From: Bugula neritina
Lineage: Eukaryota; Animalia; Bryozoa
DNA length: 64,000 bases
Direction of reading: 5' to 3'
Assembly (NCBI GenBank): GCA_964035545.1
Contig: OZ037765.1
Span: forward strand, 30,255,504 to 30,319,503
Part shown: one piece after another, positions 11,886-25,487 of the stretch
Layout of the letters: every line of letters begins with the position of its first letter
Position numbering within the stretch: the first letter of the stretch is position 1
Notes under the pieces: model-generated
What the model saw: only the letters and a program-made list of their open reading frames with translations
The model's database searches: none
What the model was told of the DNA's origin: nothing
Position numbers and translations under genes: made by a program

Positions 11886-14800
11886 TCAGCATAATTGTTC
11901 CAGTGTGAGAGTTCTTTGTAATCTGCTATGTGTAACCGGGCATATATAGCTAGATGCTATATGCAAGATAAGCTATTTTGCAATACAGTGTGTGCTGTTT
12001 AATATTGCAAAATGTGTGTATTAGCAAAGTAGACTGATAAGAGTTGATTTCTTTCAAACATTTAGTATAAATACGTACAGCATGAGTAAGCTGACGATTC
12101 ATACTGGTCAAAGTCTGAAAAAGTTGCTGCATGTTACTGCATGTAACAGCGCTGATGCTGCCAGGTACAGGTGCCTATGCTCAGGGCACTGATGCAGAGC
12201 AGCATTCAATTTATTGCTTATTGCCAACAGTCTATACTTTTATATAAAACTGTAGCCTATACAAGTATAAACTATCTGGTTAAATCTACAATTGTCAATT
12301 ACAGCTTAAGGAACTTACATTTAATTAAAAACAAAAAATAACATAATAGTCAAATTTATTTTGGCAATAAAGTGTATCTTCTAAGAAATAGAAAAACTAA
12401 TAGAAAAACGAGTACAGCCAATTTTGCTCCTACACTTTTTAGCTGTAATAACTTGTACCACAACAAGAATAGCCAACAGTCAAAAAGCTATAACCAAAAA
12501 AGCTTTCACAAAAAGCTTTCATCAAATATTTCTTTTACTTAAAGCTTTGACCAAAAAGCTCCTGTAGCTCCTGTTGCTACTAATCTTCTGGCTTCAAGTT
12601 TAAAAGTCTCATAAATTAGAATGTCAAAAAACTGTCTATAGTACCTACTCTCTTCCACAATCAAACTCTGTTTTGCTTTGATTTCTTATTTCATGCTGCA
12701 GTTTTAATCTTCTTGGGGCAAAATAAGCGAGAAAAATAGATAAGGGATATTAAATTGACTATCAATTTTAAAATAAGCGTAAATATTGTATTGTATCTGT
12801 ACACGCATACATTAGGCTATTGTTGGGGTTTTGACAAACAATGGTTTCTATTATGATACTCATTTGTTGAAAATAATTTCATTAAACTTAATTATAAAAC
12901 TGAAAATATTGAACAGATGAGTCACAGAAACCGCTCATTCTCAAAGCTATTCAGGTAAATACTGACAATGGCTATAATGACTTAGATGTTTTGTTAAGTT
13001 AATCACTATATATAATTTCACATAATATGCTACTTACATGAATGTAATGGGTTGTTATTGGGGGGGGGGGGGGGAGTGGAGGGGCTTGGTTTGAAGAGAC
13101 CTCAAGAAATGTATCCCTTTTGTGTATCCCTCAAATTTGACCATTGGTGATTGATAGGCATGAATTTTCATATTGTTGAAAAGCAGCTGTTCCTTATCAG
13201 GTTAAACTTTGCCGCTTGTTTGTTCATAAAGGATAAGGAGTTACCTACCAGAGATAAGGGAAGGAGCCATTAAGAGGTTTTTCATGGCATCTTTTTTTAG
13301 TTTTCTTGCTTAACTTTACCTGAAATTTAAAAGTTGACTCATCATAAGTTTTTAAAAAACTGAATTCGAGGGTTATGATGACTTTTTGACTTGGAAGTGA
13401 TTTGTTGTAAGCTGCATATAAATTCATTCTAATCACGCCTTGGTTTGAAGAATAGCACAACTCTCAAATAAGTTTCAGATTTGAAAAAAGCAAATGTATT
13501 GATTTTTTGTATAGCTTATATTAGCAAAGAGATAGTATACTAGCATCATTATACTGCAAACTACTTCTAGGCGTCGGTAAAGTCACTGTGGCTGTTTTTA
13601 TATTATTATATTATTAATATTTTCCAGTTCAGTAGTTTTTATGCCATAATGATTATTCACTGTTACTAAAAACATTGAAGTTACGCTTTTAAAATAAACC
13701 ATGATTAAAACCAGGGTGTTGAAAACATTTTAGAAATGCAACTTTTCTCTCACTGTTGTGGTATTTAAAACCAACACCCTAATCACAAATTGAGGAATGA
13801 TCATTGTTGGTGTTTAGCATGTTGCAATAGGCGGCCTGCAAAAAGTCTATAAAAATAGTCCATTATTTTGATTGGCTACCAATTGCTGCCATCAAAATTT
13901 TAACAATTCATACATTTATAAAAATGGCTATGCTTTTGTAAATTGGATTTTATGAGATATTAGGGATCTTCAAAAAGTACCTGCACATATCTTTAGCAAT
14001 CTCATTGAATGAAAAGTTTTCACTTTGATCTGAAATCAAAACTTGTTGCATGATGATAAAAATATGGTTATATATTCATTTTGTAGTATAAACAACAATT
14101 CGGTACTAGGCTATTGTTCTCTAAAACAGGGCACTGCGAGTTTATTTTTAGCAACCACTTAAAAACCAGCTGCTACCTTTAAAAATTTCCCTACGTTGAC
14201 TTCTATATGATATATATAAAATATTATATAAAATGTACACAGTTAATATAGAATGCAAAAAGTTGTTACAAATATGCTAGCACTAGTTTGAATAAACTGC
14301 TGTGAGTATAATTTAGTTCCATTCTAAAGAAAAAAGCTTTCAAATTTAGCCTTTTTCAGTTAGTATACTTTAAACCTGCAGTTTATATATATTAGTACAA
14401 CTAAGACAGTAGTGATGACCTAATTAGCCAGCAAAATAAATTGGTAAGGTTAGGACCAATATCTACTCTGTTACAGTGCCTGCTTTACAAAATCATTTAA
14501 ACTTTAAAGCCTCTTACAGCTATTAGTTAACCTGTGGGAGGTTGGTTGTCCACCCAAGCTGGTTGCATACGCTGGGTAGTAGAGTTTCCTGGTTATGCTA
14601 TAAAGAGCTATTTTAGAATTAATATTTAGCCTAGAATACACCAGGTTATCAATCTATTACAGTAAGCTAACCTAAACTGTAACAGTTTAGTTTGCAGTTT
14701 TTGTAATTTTTATTAGTTTAAATGAGAAACACGGTATCTGTACAATAAGACCTCACCATGGTATGTAAATAATATGATGATTTTTATATATTGACATTAT

Positions 14801-15490
14801 TCTAATTTATATGATTATCGGTACATTTATTGTAGTCTGTAATGTAAGCATACGTACCTTAACATTTTTCACATGGCAGTAAAATGCATTCTGTAGTTAA
14901 TAGGAATATGTAGGAGTGGCACAAAGTTGGTGTGCAGTGTGACGGCTCGTTTAGAAATACCAATTTGTTTAGAAAATATTGAGGTATTTTTCTCTGCCAG
15001 ATTTAGATTAGAGATGAGATGTCCTGTCGTAATATAATGGTCTTTGTTGAGCTGAGTGGTTCATGAGAAGTTTATTATTAAACTCCTCTTTACAAATAAA
15101 GCATCTGCTTTTATATTATCAAATTCTACTTCATAAATTGCGTGTATATATATATATAAATAATTTATCAAGTAGAATTTGTGACAAGGGGTATACATAG
15201 ATTTACTCCTGATCACCATTATATTATCAAGACTATAATATAATAACTATATTTCAGTTCCATTTATCTTCTAACAAAGGTAAAAAATCAGAATTTCCAG
15301 TTCTATGTTCACTAAAAACTTCTACAAATATATGTGTCTTATAACTATCAAGTGAAGCGTGACATGCTGACGCAGATTGTTAGGTTCCTGTTAACCCCAC
15401 GCTTATTTCAAAAGTAATTCATCATTGTATATATTGCTCTCTGTCGTTATAACTTATGTGCATTTTTGTTCTAGATACACTCTGCGTGCA

Positions 15491-17643
15491 ATGGGCAATC
15501 ATGTTTCGTCAAACTTCTGTTCCACTTGTTGCATAATTGTGATGGTGGTGTGCTGTGCAATCACTTTAACCTTGCAAAGTAGCTCTGGTAGCATTTCATT
15601 CCCTTACCTAATGGCTAATCTTCACAGGTGTAAAGCAGGTATAAATTATAAACAACTTCATTTTATATAAAGATGAAGTCTTACAGTTTATATTTTATAT
15701 ATAGATGTGAGACCTGTAAAGTTCTAGGCTCTAGAAAATAGAAAGTCTTTGCTTTTACTTACTTATAACTCTAGATCTAGAGTTATAAATAAAAGCAAAC
15801 AATTCGCCTAACACAGAGGCTCACATGCTCTGGACTAGATCTATTTTATGATGAACTTTTATATGAGACTTCAGAGTAGGTCTAAACACCTCATTTCCTA
15901 CTAAATTTGTTTGTAAATCTTTTAAACGTCTAGTATAAAATCAATTTAAAAACCAAACATAATTTACGACTTTAGAGTCTCCTGATGTCATCATTTGGGT
16001 GCAAGGTAGAGCAACTTCTACTCAACTAAGATCTATGATCAGGGATACTTACGGAAACCAAAAGAATTGGCCTCACAATGTGACTGTAACACTTATATTC
16101 TTCACTGGAAAGCTAAGTGGGAAAGATGCAAAGCATCAAGTCACTTTAGAATATGAGTTTGACCACTATGGGGACATAGTACAGAGTGATTTTCCAGGTA
16201 AAATGTGTGTAATATTATACTACATGTGAAATCATTAGATTTCAACGCAAATCGGTATGGAAAGAAAACTCCATAATTTTTAAAAGATAAAAAAACTTTA
16301 GTTTTATTACAGGAGTTGTCAAGCTGAACTATTGAGAGCAATACTGCCGCATATGTGTAACCACTGGGCTGTAAGATAATGCTGTAAATAATTGCCAGCG
16401 CTCTGTTAGTGGCAAATTTTCAATAACACAATAATTATAGAGAAGACAAGTCATAATAACCTGCAAATTGATCTTATATCCCCAGCTAATAGAATGTACA
16501 AGTCTGTACAATTCTTTAAGTATTTGATGCAAACATATTAATATTACATTAACATCCTGTTTTTAAATGACATATGACCTACTTGGTTTGAAAATAGTTC
16601 AGTTAATGGGAGGTAGCCATGATTTAGTAGTTAAAAGGCTGGCCTATAGTGTGCACTAGCTCACAGGTTTGAACCCCGGCAGGTGGTGTCAAAAACAACT
16701 TCCTATAAAATTATATTTGTTTAAGTGCTGCAGGATACGCAGTCTGCCGAATTAAAAAAGCCGTATACCATTCCACAGAGATGGCAATTTAAACAAACTT
16801 GAGTTTCTATGCTATTGGATGTATCAGGCAGATTGATAGAAATTTTTTTGCCCATTTTATTTAAAATTAAACGTTTAGGACGGTTCGCTGATCCAATTGT
16901 TTATATGCATTAACTTATACCCCAGCAGATGGTTAAGGTATTGTAAAGTTTGGTCACAACAAGATTCCCATTATGTTGTAGAAAATTACAAAAACCAAGT
17001 TAGTAAAATGGTGAGTGCAATAAATTACATCACAGATTACTGCAACCAATCAAAACTCATCCTCAGGATTGATGATGATGTCATATTCCATCCCCGGCTA
17101 ATGTTTGACACTCTCATAGATGTCTTCCTAAATAGCAGTGAGTCTAGTCGCCAGCATCTCCACCGGTCATCTGATCTCAAAATATTTCAGTTGCCTCGAA
17201 ACACCATAGCCTGTCATCTAATTAGTGACTTTGAAGTTTGGAGAAAAAAAGACCACCCCAAACATTTCAATGCGGTTGATGATACTGTACTGCCCGGTGA
17301 GGTTTGGTATCCACCATTTTGTGCGGGATTCTTTGTAGCCATGTCTGGAGATGTACCAGGAAACCTCAGATCTCATATAGCAACGAATAAGCCATTCTGG
17401 ATGGATGACAGATATATGGGGGTGCTGCAGAAAAGAGCTTCTACTAGTAACATTAATATTAGTCCTATTTTAGATTTTGGTTACAAATCAATTACATCAG
17501 AGGTATTGGACTTATTAGCAAATCGTAAAAAAATTGTCAGACATTTACCTGGAAAACATAAATTTCACATTTCACAATTATACGGATACTTAGATTTGTC
17601 AATTCAGGGACTAAAAGGACATTTTGAGACTATCAAGTATTGA
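15491..17643 (+). CDS. GT31 family beta-1,3-galactosyl/GlcNAc-transferase-like, copy A, 3 coding exons, ~343 aa
   Basis: Exons 15491-15638, 15976-16197, 16982-17643 splice in frame. N-terminal hydrophobic anchor, RSMIRDTYG, YGDIVQ.DF.ENY, DxD motif in LILRIDDDVIF, YPPFCAGF, WMDDRYMG. Confidence 0.85.
15763..15788. repeat. Perfect 26-bp palindrome TTATAACTCTAGATCTAGAGTTATAA in intron 1 of GT31 copy A
   Basis: Direct reading; imperfect arms (GCTTTTA/TAAAAGC) extend further. Confidence 0.9.
16608..16808 (+). mobile_element. Highly degenerate tRNA-SINE related to family A
   Basis: GGGAGGTAGCCATGATTTAGTAGTTA...GGTTTGAACCCC head and a tail-like CACAGAGATGG...AAACTTGAGTTT. Confidence 0.45.
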
Positions 17644-17732
17644 AAATTTAGCAAACTAATAAAATGCAATCAGATATCGTTATTTCGCCAAATCAAATCA
17701 TTCACCAGCCCAATCTGCCGTCTCATTTATTA

Positions 17733-17733
<1 letters not shown>

Positions 17734-17819
<86 letters not shown>
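17734..17819. repeat. (TA)n microsatellite
   Basis: About 43 TA units. Confidence 0.95.
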
Positions 17820-17821
<2 letters not shown>

Positions 17822-18717
17822 TTGCACACTGACATCTAGATTATTTATATGAAACTATTGTTCAATAGGGGCAAAATTGATATTATATCAAATTTTCTAT
17901 AGATTGAAAATCTATTACAAGTTATTTTTTTCAAGTTCCAAAATTTATCATAATAAGATTTATTATGTTGTTAGATTTTTGCTATAAAATTGATATTATG
18001 CTTGTAGGTTTGTAAGCTAGCACTTTCATAATTCTCATAAATCAAGTACATATATAGGTAATATAAAAATAAAACAATCTTTATATATTGAGATTCAAAC
18101 AATCACTGGTATTTCCACCTCCTGACTCATTATATTCTGGTGATTAGAATATTATACACAAAACAGTGATTGGATATTGATTTTAACAGTAAAAACACGT
18201 GTTTGGTTAAGTTGCAAATAATGCAATTTTTTTACCATTTGACGAGGAATATAAAACATGAATCAACTTGATAGTAGAAGCGTAATGATGTAGGTATATT
18301 AGAAAATCTACTATGGAAACTTCTGGCTACATAATAATATGCTTTCTTGCTTCTCTGTTTGATGTGGAAAATGAATAGCTGCTTAGCATTTAAAATATAC
18401 ACAAATTGATGGCTGTAAATCACGGTTAGATTGATATTGTAGCTGAATTCAGGGTTCCCTTCTCACTAGAAATCTATAACCGAATCCTTGGAGGATTTAA
18501 GAGCTTGTTTAGTAATTTTCTCAGGTTGGGAAAGGCTGAAGTTTAGATGAAATAAGCATGTGATTTGATGCAAAACAATATAGAATGTGGCTAAGGTATA
18601 CAAGTTAAATATGTACTAAAAGCATGCCATATTATACTACAAAAACATGTCTACTCACTGGGAATTAAACCCAGGGTGCAATGACAAGCAAAATTAATTG
18701 TGGCGGTTTGTTTACCC

Positions 18718-18792
18718 AGTGGTCTTGTGGTGCAATGGTTCGCACACTTGCTTGCAAGACAGAGGTCTCGGGTTCGATTTTCAGTGGGGCAA
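18718..18792 (+). mobile_element. tRNA-like pseudogene / SINE head, family B (TGC anticodon-like loop)
   Basis: A box TGGTGCAATGG, CTTGCAA loop and degenerate B box GGTTCGATTT. Stems pair poorly, so it is not called a functional tRNA. Confidence 0.6.
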
Positions 18793-18858
18793 ACTTATTT
18801 TTCATTAATTATTTAAAAAATAAAGAGTTGTGGTTTATTCTTCATTTATAACAATCTT

Positions 18859-18926
18859 TAGTCTCTTTATCAGCATATGCTATTACTTATAATATAAGTA
18901 ATAGCATATGCTGATAAAAGAGACTA
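18859..18926. repeat. Near-perfect 32-bp-arm inverted repeat (hairpin)
   Basis: TAGTCTCTTTATCAGCATATGCTATTACTTAT-aat-ATAAGTAATAGCATATGCTGATAAAAGAGACTA, with one 1-nt bulge. Confidence 0.9.
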
Positions 18927-20059
18927 GTATATATTATATACTAGGATACTGGCGCTTGCATTTATGTAAATTTGGTTTGTGTTCAGGTCTATAACTGCAT
19001 TTTTGACTTGCATAATTACAATGCAAATCACTTGAGTATAGATGTTATCTATCACAGCCATATTAAAGATCGCTAGGATACAAATTTATTTGTTGGGCAT
19101 TTTTTATTTATTACAATTTAGTGCCATCAACAGATAAATGATAGTTGTTTATTACAGATATAACAAATATAGTAGATTTTCATGTTTATTTTCCAAAGAT
19201 ACATACCTGCATAGTCACATATTGCATGCAATTCCTTATTATACTATTGCATTGTATTATATTATACTATATATTATATTATAGTACGGTATATTATATG
19301 GTGCAAAGATGCTTACACTGCAAAATAATATACATGAAGTAGGATACCGCTTATCTGGTTGCAATCAGAGTAATGTATATATCACATATTTTGTAACCAT
19401 TTTCAATGTTATTATAGGGCTCAATGGTTGATATAAACTGTCTATTACATTTGTTAATAAATAAAACTGCTTTCGGGGTACAATCGCACTTTAATTTGAA
19501 GTATTGGTATGCAGTAGGTGGTCTTGTAAGAAATATCGGTATGCATCATGGCTATGGAAAACTTGTGAGATTACAATAATTACAAACTTGAAAAAAAATG
19601 ATAACTATGCTACAAGAGCTATCTTTTGGATAATACACTCACTACAGTTCATTATAGAAGAAAATATTGTTTGTGTAGGAAAATTTTATTGCAAAATTAC
19701 ATAATATGGAGCAAATTCTAGTGAAAATAGATTGCGAGACTTCTATTACTATTCGAGTTGTCATAACTAAAGCGCAGGTTATGATAACTCTGCGACTTTA
19801 CATGCCGCCCTCAGTCTATACAGAATATTGCCGTATTCCTTTGTCGGCTCTGAGGCTAACTACAACTGCAAGTAAAAATTTCTTCAAGGCTTCAAGGAAC
19901 CGCCAGTTGTAGAATTATTAATTATTTAGTATTACAAATACTTACACTTATGGTTAGTAGCTGTTGGATTACCGTGACCTAGTCAGCTTTTTAATGCGCT
20001 CTTGTATATTTTTAACCGTTACAACTTGGGTATTAATACAGTTATTTATTTAGCAGTTG

Positions 20060-21400
20060 CCAGCTCAGTAATTACTAATGTAATTACTGATACTCACAGT
20101 CACGCTGATACTGATAGTCATCATGAATATGAGTTAATAATAGTTATACTTATACTCTTATAGTATTGCTATTAGTATTACTATTAGGGATACTTGTAGT
20201 TGTAGGCAGACACTGACGATAGTCGTAGAGCTAGTTAGACTTGGTACAAGTATTACTATTACATTTTCATTTTCATTTTGATTTACACTGTAATTGTTAG
20301 TGTTACAGTTTGAGCTTGAGTTACTGTTAGACTGAGAGTCAGGGTGAGTGCGAGTTACACTTCCTCTTACAGTTAAGTGAGTTTACAACTTCAAGTAAAA
20401 GTTTAAGTTAGTGTTACTCATACTCATAGTGATAATAATAGTTGATTTATACTCATAATCATACTCATATTCATAGCCAATAGTCATAGTGGTAGTGGCA
20501 GTGGTAGTGGTAGTCAGTATCATAGTGAGACTGACTTTAATACTAATACTAATAGTAATAGTAATACTAAGTCTAATACTAATAGTAATACTAATACTAA
20601 TAATAATACTAATAGTAATACTAATACTAATAATAATAGTATTAGTAATACTAATACTAAGTCTAATAGTAATACTAATAGTGTAACTTAAGCACATTTA
20701 TTGATTTATTTTGATAGAAGTTAAAGTAATACTGATTCTAAGTATAACTAATACTTAAAGTTGTACTACAGTATTTCTAATAGTAGTACCAATAGTAATA
20801 GTATAACTATAAGTATTAGCCTTAGGCATTAGATTAGTTATAGTTAGACTTGAAGTTAATCACCTAAGGCTAATCATAATCATAATGATTATCATTATGT
20901 TAAGCAAATTTAATATTTAATTCTATGTTTCAACTTTAAAACTTTATTTCAAATTTTATTTATGTTGTTATTACTTATTAGGCTACTATGTCCATTTCAC
21001 TGTTTGACTATTACTAAATTAGTATAACTATTAGTATTATTGATTAAGCTCAGCTTTAGACTTATTACTTCCTTATGACCATTAGATTTCTTAATTACTT
21101 ATATGTAGGAAAATTTTTGAAATTTTTTCTATTTTCATTGGTAGCAGCAATGTTAAAGTTATACACAGACAAGCACATCACGATCATCATTATGTGCTTG
21201 TCTGTTCGTAACTTGAACATTGCTATTAGTGCTATAGCAGTAGCCATGTGCCACATAGTTACAGCACTAGTTGTAACATAGATGTATTGAATTATTATTA
21301 GCTATTAGTTGTTATTTTTATTGACTAAAAATATGTTCAAATAAAATTGTTATAAAATTAGGATTATTAAGAGTTGCGATTGCAATAATTTGATAAAAAT
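20060..21400. repeat. Long degenerate hexamer tract, core (ATACTA/ATAGTA)n at ~20540-20680
   Basis: Visible 6-nt periodicity. It produces the spurious I/L/V-rich and I/S/T-rich ORFs. Confidence 0.85.
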
Positions 21401-22505
21401 ATAAATGTCAGTGAGTCATAATGGTGAAGTTGATTGTGGTAGCCAAAATTGATACGTCTTTCAAAATGATTATACATTATTTTTAACAATAATAATCGCC
21501 ATTAATCATCATCATCAATAATTTGTTGTGTGTTGAATATGCATCACAGTTTAATAGGAATAGTGAGATGTCGCATGTATTCGGTGAAGTTGTTTTTCTG
21601 GCAATGTTTAAGACTTTGCCTGTGGGCCCATGGCAATAGGTATTGTAGAGCATGTATTTAGATAAACTAACCCATTGTAATTTGGTACGCAGGCACATTA
21701 TGTCACTTTAAGTAAGCACGATTTATCAGGGTTGATAAATTGTGCTTACTTAAAAGTATACTGCATAAGAGTTTACTTAGTATGTTGGGAGTGCACACAC
21801 TATATCTTAAATGTCAAAGGTTACATATTTGTGTAAATCATTGTGCTCTTAATTTTCTAAGACATGACTTGGATTTTGATTAAATAGTTTGCCATTTCCG
21901 TTAAAGGTCACCCAACTTGCAGCATATCTATGTGGAGAAGCTGAAAATTTCTGAACAGTTTCATTTGTCACTTTATTTGTGGCTGAAGTATAATTTGACT
22001 AAATTTTAAGGTGTAAACGCAGGCTAAAAATTGAGATTGGAGACACACATTTTTTGTTTACAAGGCTAGAGTAAAAGTTACGAATGTGTGTAGGAGTGTT
22101 CTCCTTTAAAAAAAACTGAACACTATTTGCGGTTTTTACTCTTTAAAACCTGGTTTTACTAAAATCTAGCATTAAATATAAGTCTATGTCAAACTTTGTT
22201 ATATATTTAGTTATTAATTTGCTAGCAGGTTGAAAAAGTTGGTATGTGACACTTTGTTGATATACAAATTTTGAAGGCTTCTTTCTGATTCTTTTTATGG
22301 TGCTAAACGAGGTCTTACCAACTACATATTATTTTTTCAAGAAAATGATATTTTAAATTTTATTCAAGTGAAGAATTTTAATCAGTAAAGGTTTTACAAC
22401 TGAAAAATAGGCCAATCTATTGATATTTAAATTATGCAACTTTAGTATTTTTTATTTTCTGTTGGTATTGTATTTTCAATTTAGAACGAAGGGTAAAGAT
22501 GAGAT

Positions 22506-24339
22506 ATGAAATTAATGCAGAGATGGACGATAGCAACTGTGATAGTTATAATATTAGTTACCTTCATGATCAAGTTACTCAGACAAAATTCACAACATGG
22601 AAAGAAAACAAAGACTCAATCAACAGCTTTTGAATATCAAAAATTTTACCCTTACATTATGGCTGATTTTGAAAGATGTGAAAGAGGTGGGTCAACATCA
22701 CAGATACCTCATATCTTTTCATCCCTTGTAATATTACACTGTATTAACTGCTGCATAGAAAATATGTGCATAAATTGTGAGTTGTCTTTTCACACATGTT
22801 TTACACAGTCATTGTTTTTGTAAATTGTTATATTATTTTATATCTGTTGAATCTTTAGTTGAAAAAAGAAATTTGTTTTTGTTAAGTGTTGGTTGCCTTT
22901 TATATTTAACAGGTTTTATAATATGTATATGTTTGTGTGTGCATGCATGCTTGTGTGTTAATCGAGGCTTGAGTTTTTAGATATTTTGCTTGCAACTGTA
23001 ACCAAATCATAGCTTTACATGTCTACTTTTTTCTCTAACTGCTAAAGACAGACTGGTAAATGTTTTAGAGTCTCCTGATATCATCATTTGGGTGCAAGGT
23101 AGAGCAACTTCTAATCAACTTAGGTCTATGATCAGAGATACTTACGGAAACCAAAAGAATTGGCCTCACAATGTGACTGTAACACTTATATTCTTCATCG
23201 GAGAATTACCTAAGAACAAGATTCAATACCAGAATATGTTACAGTATGAGTTTGGACTCTATAAAGACATTGTACAGAATAATTACAGCGGTATGTGTCT
23301 CGAAGCACCTTGTACTCAGCCATTTAATTGCATTTTTCTTAACATATTTTTAAAAAAGTATGTTTAAATGAACATAAATGTAGATTTTATCTTCAAAATT
23401 ATTATCCTTTAGGATGAAATGACTACAAAAAACACACATAGCTATTAGCTGCTTCCTTGAGCATAAACCTCAGGTAATCAATTCTGTTTTCACTCACAAT
23501 CACAGGTAGAAGAAATGAGTGAGCACCTGGTGAATTGTATGAGTTGTCCTCACATTATCATTTTTATGACTAATTTCTCAAGCACCGAAATATCTTTCAT
23601 TTTGTGGGACAGGCGATGTTTTTTATATTTTATATGCTGTTGAGTGTTGAGCTAACCAGTTTACCGTTATATTGTAGAAAGTTACAAAAACCAAGTTAGT
23701 AAAATGGTGAGTGCAATAAATTACATCACAGATTACTGCAACCAATCAAAACTAATCCTCAGGATTGATGATGATGTCATATTCCATCCCCGGCTAATGT
23801 TTGACGCTCTCATAGATGTCTTCCTAAATAGCAGTGAGTCTAGTCGCCAGCATCTTCACCGGTCATCTGATCTCAAAATATTTCAGTTGCCTCGAAACAC
23901 CATAGCCTGCCATCTAATTAGTGACTTTGAAGTTTGGAGAAAAAAAGACCACCCCAAACATTTCAATGCGGTTGATGATACTGTACTGCCCGGTGAGGTT
24001 TGGTATCCACCATTTTGTGCGGGATTCTTTGTAGCTATGTCTGGAGACGTACCAGGAAACCTCAGATCTCATATAGCAACGAATAAACCATTCTGGATGG
24101 ATGACAGATATATGGGGGTGCTGCAGAAAAGAGCTTCTACTAGTAACATTAATATTAGTCCTATTTTAGATTTTGGTTACAAATCAATTACATCAGAAGT
24201 GTTGGACTTATTAGTAAGGTGTGAAAAAATTGTCAGACATTTACCTGGAAAACAGAAGTTCCACATTTCACAATTATACGGATACTTAGATTTATCAATT
24301 CGGGGACTAAAAGGACATTTTGAGACTATCAAGTATTGA
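22506..24339 (+). CDS. GT31 family glycosyltransferase, copy B, 3 coding exons, ~354 aa
   Basis: Exons 22506-22686, 23069-23290, 23678-24339 splice in frame. Type II anchor WTIATVIVIILVTFMI. The catalytic exon is ~97% identical to copy A. Confidence 0.87.
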
Positions 24340-25487
24340 AAAGCATCTCCTCATTTTCAAAAAAACAGTCAATTTTGTCCGATCACATATCTGACCATAT
24401 CTGTGTACGTCAGTAATCTTTCAGTTGCATATGCTCGCAGTTAACCACCAACTCCAGGAACTATGGCGGATTTTTGTTCCTACCAGACTCTTCTGTCTCA
24501 CTTAATCACCAACATCCTCTTCATACAGGTCAGATCATCTGTAGTCTCTCCTTCCCTCAAATATTTTCATCTCTCTTCAAAAACATGCCTGAAGTTCTTC
24601 TAACCACTCCTCATCACATCTTCGATTATCATTATTTTTGTCCCGATCTTGGTATTTATCTAGGCTTGTTTCCATGTGTCTCACAAACTCACTCTGTTCC
24701 TGACTACGTTTTATTATCATGGTCAATGCAGATCCTATTTTGGTCCTATAGATGAGAATTCTTGAAGTTTTATTGCTACTTTTTATTCAGCAATACTCCA
24801 CTTAATCCATGCTAGCCAACTGCATAGCCAGTTCAACCTCTTTCAGTTACTTATGTAAATATGAAATAGTAAGTAAAGTCTAGACAAGTTATATTTTTAC
24901 TTTTTAACAGTGCTAATTTATCTATTGCATAATAGTTACTATGACAGAGTAATTATTTGCCTTAATTTTGATTAGGTTACACCGTTATTTTTTTAGTTAG
25001 GAAACTTTTGCTTTTGTAAATACTTTTATTTTGGTTATGGGTTTTGAATGTTTCATTTTTCAACTGTGGTCTAGTCATTGTTTTAAAACTTACCTCAATG
25101 GGACAAGGTATAGAGAATCTATTTTTGTAAACAATTAGGAAAGTTCACAGGCTTAGCTTAACTCAACCCATCGAAGATATTATACACCTATCTACAGCAA
25201 TTAAACCACACTTAAAGTAAACATTACAGTATATAAATATAATATATTGTTCAAAATCATATTTTATGAAAAATATAATATTCGTCAGTATTCATTGAAT
25301 GTTTTTACAATGAAAATATAAATATGAAAAAAATAAATCTATGTTGTAATAAACTGTTTTAGGTAAAAGTATAAAAAGCCTAAATTCGTAAATATATTTT
25401 TAACAGGATTACAAAAGTTGGACTTGACTAAAATCGAGTTTTTGCAAGAGCAGGCAACTCTCAGTTTGTAAAGATGCAGCCAGTTTG

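Noticed and set aside
14757-15279. ATG|GTATGT at 14758 and a 22-nt micro-exon at 15258-15279 as the coding start of GT31 copy A
   Set aside because: Neither splice combination is in frame with the 15475-15638 exon. At most these are 5' UTR exons.
8650-15400. Hidden protein-coding gene in the long DUS1L-GT31 interval
   Set aside because: Only short ORFs, isolated donor-like sites and repeat fragments; no consistent exon chain was found.
18718-18792. Functional tRNA-Ala(TGC)
   Set aside because: Acceptor, anticodon and T stems pair poorly, the B box is degenerate, and a similarly decayed relative lies at 10775-10852.
20383-20697. ORFs 20383-20697(-) and 20489-20686(+) as hydrophobic or membrane peptides
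   Set aside because: They are translations of the (ATACTA/ATAGTA)n tract.
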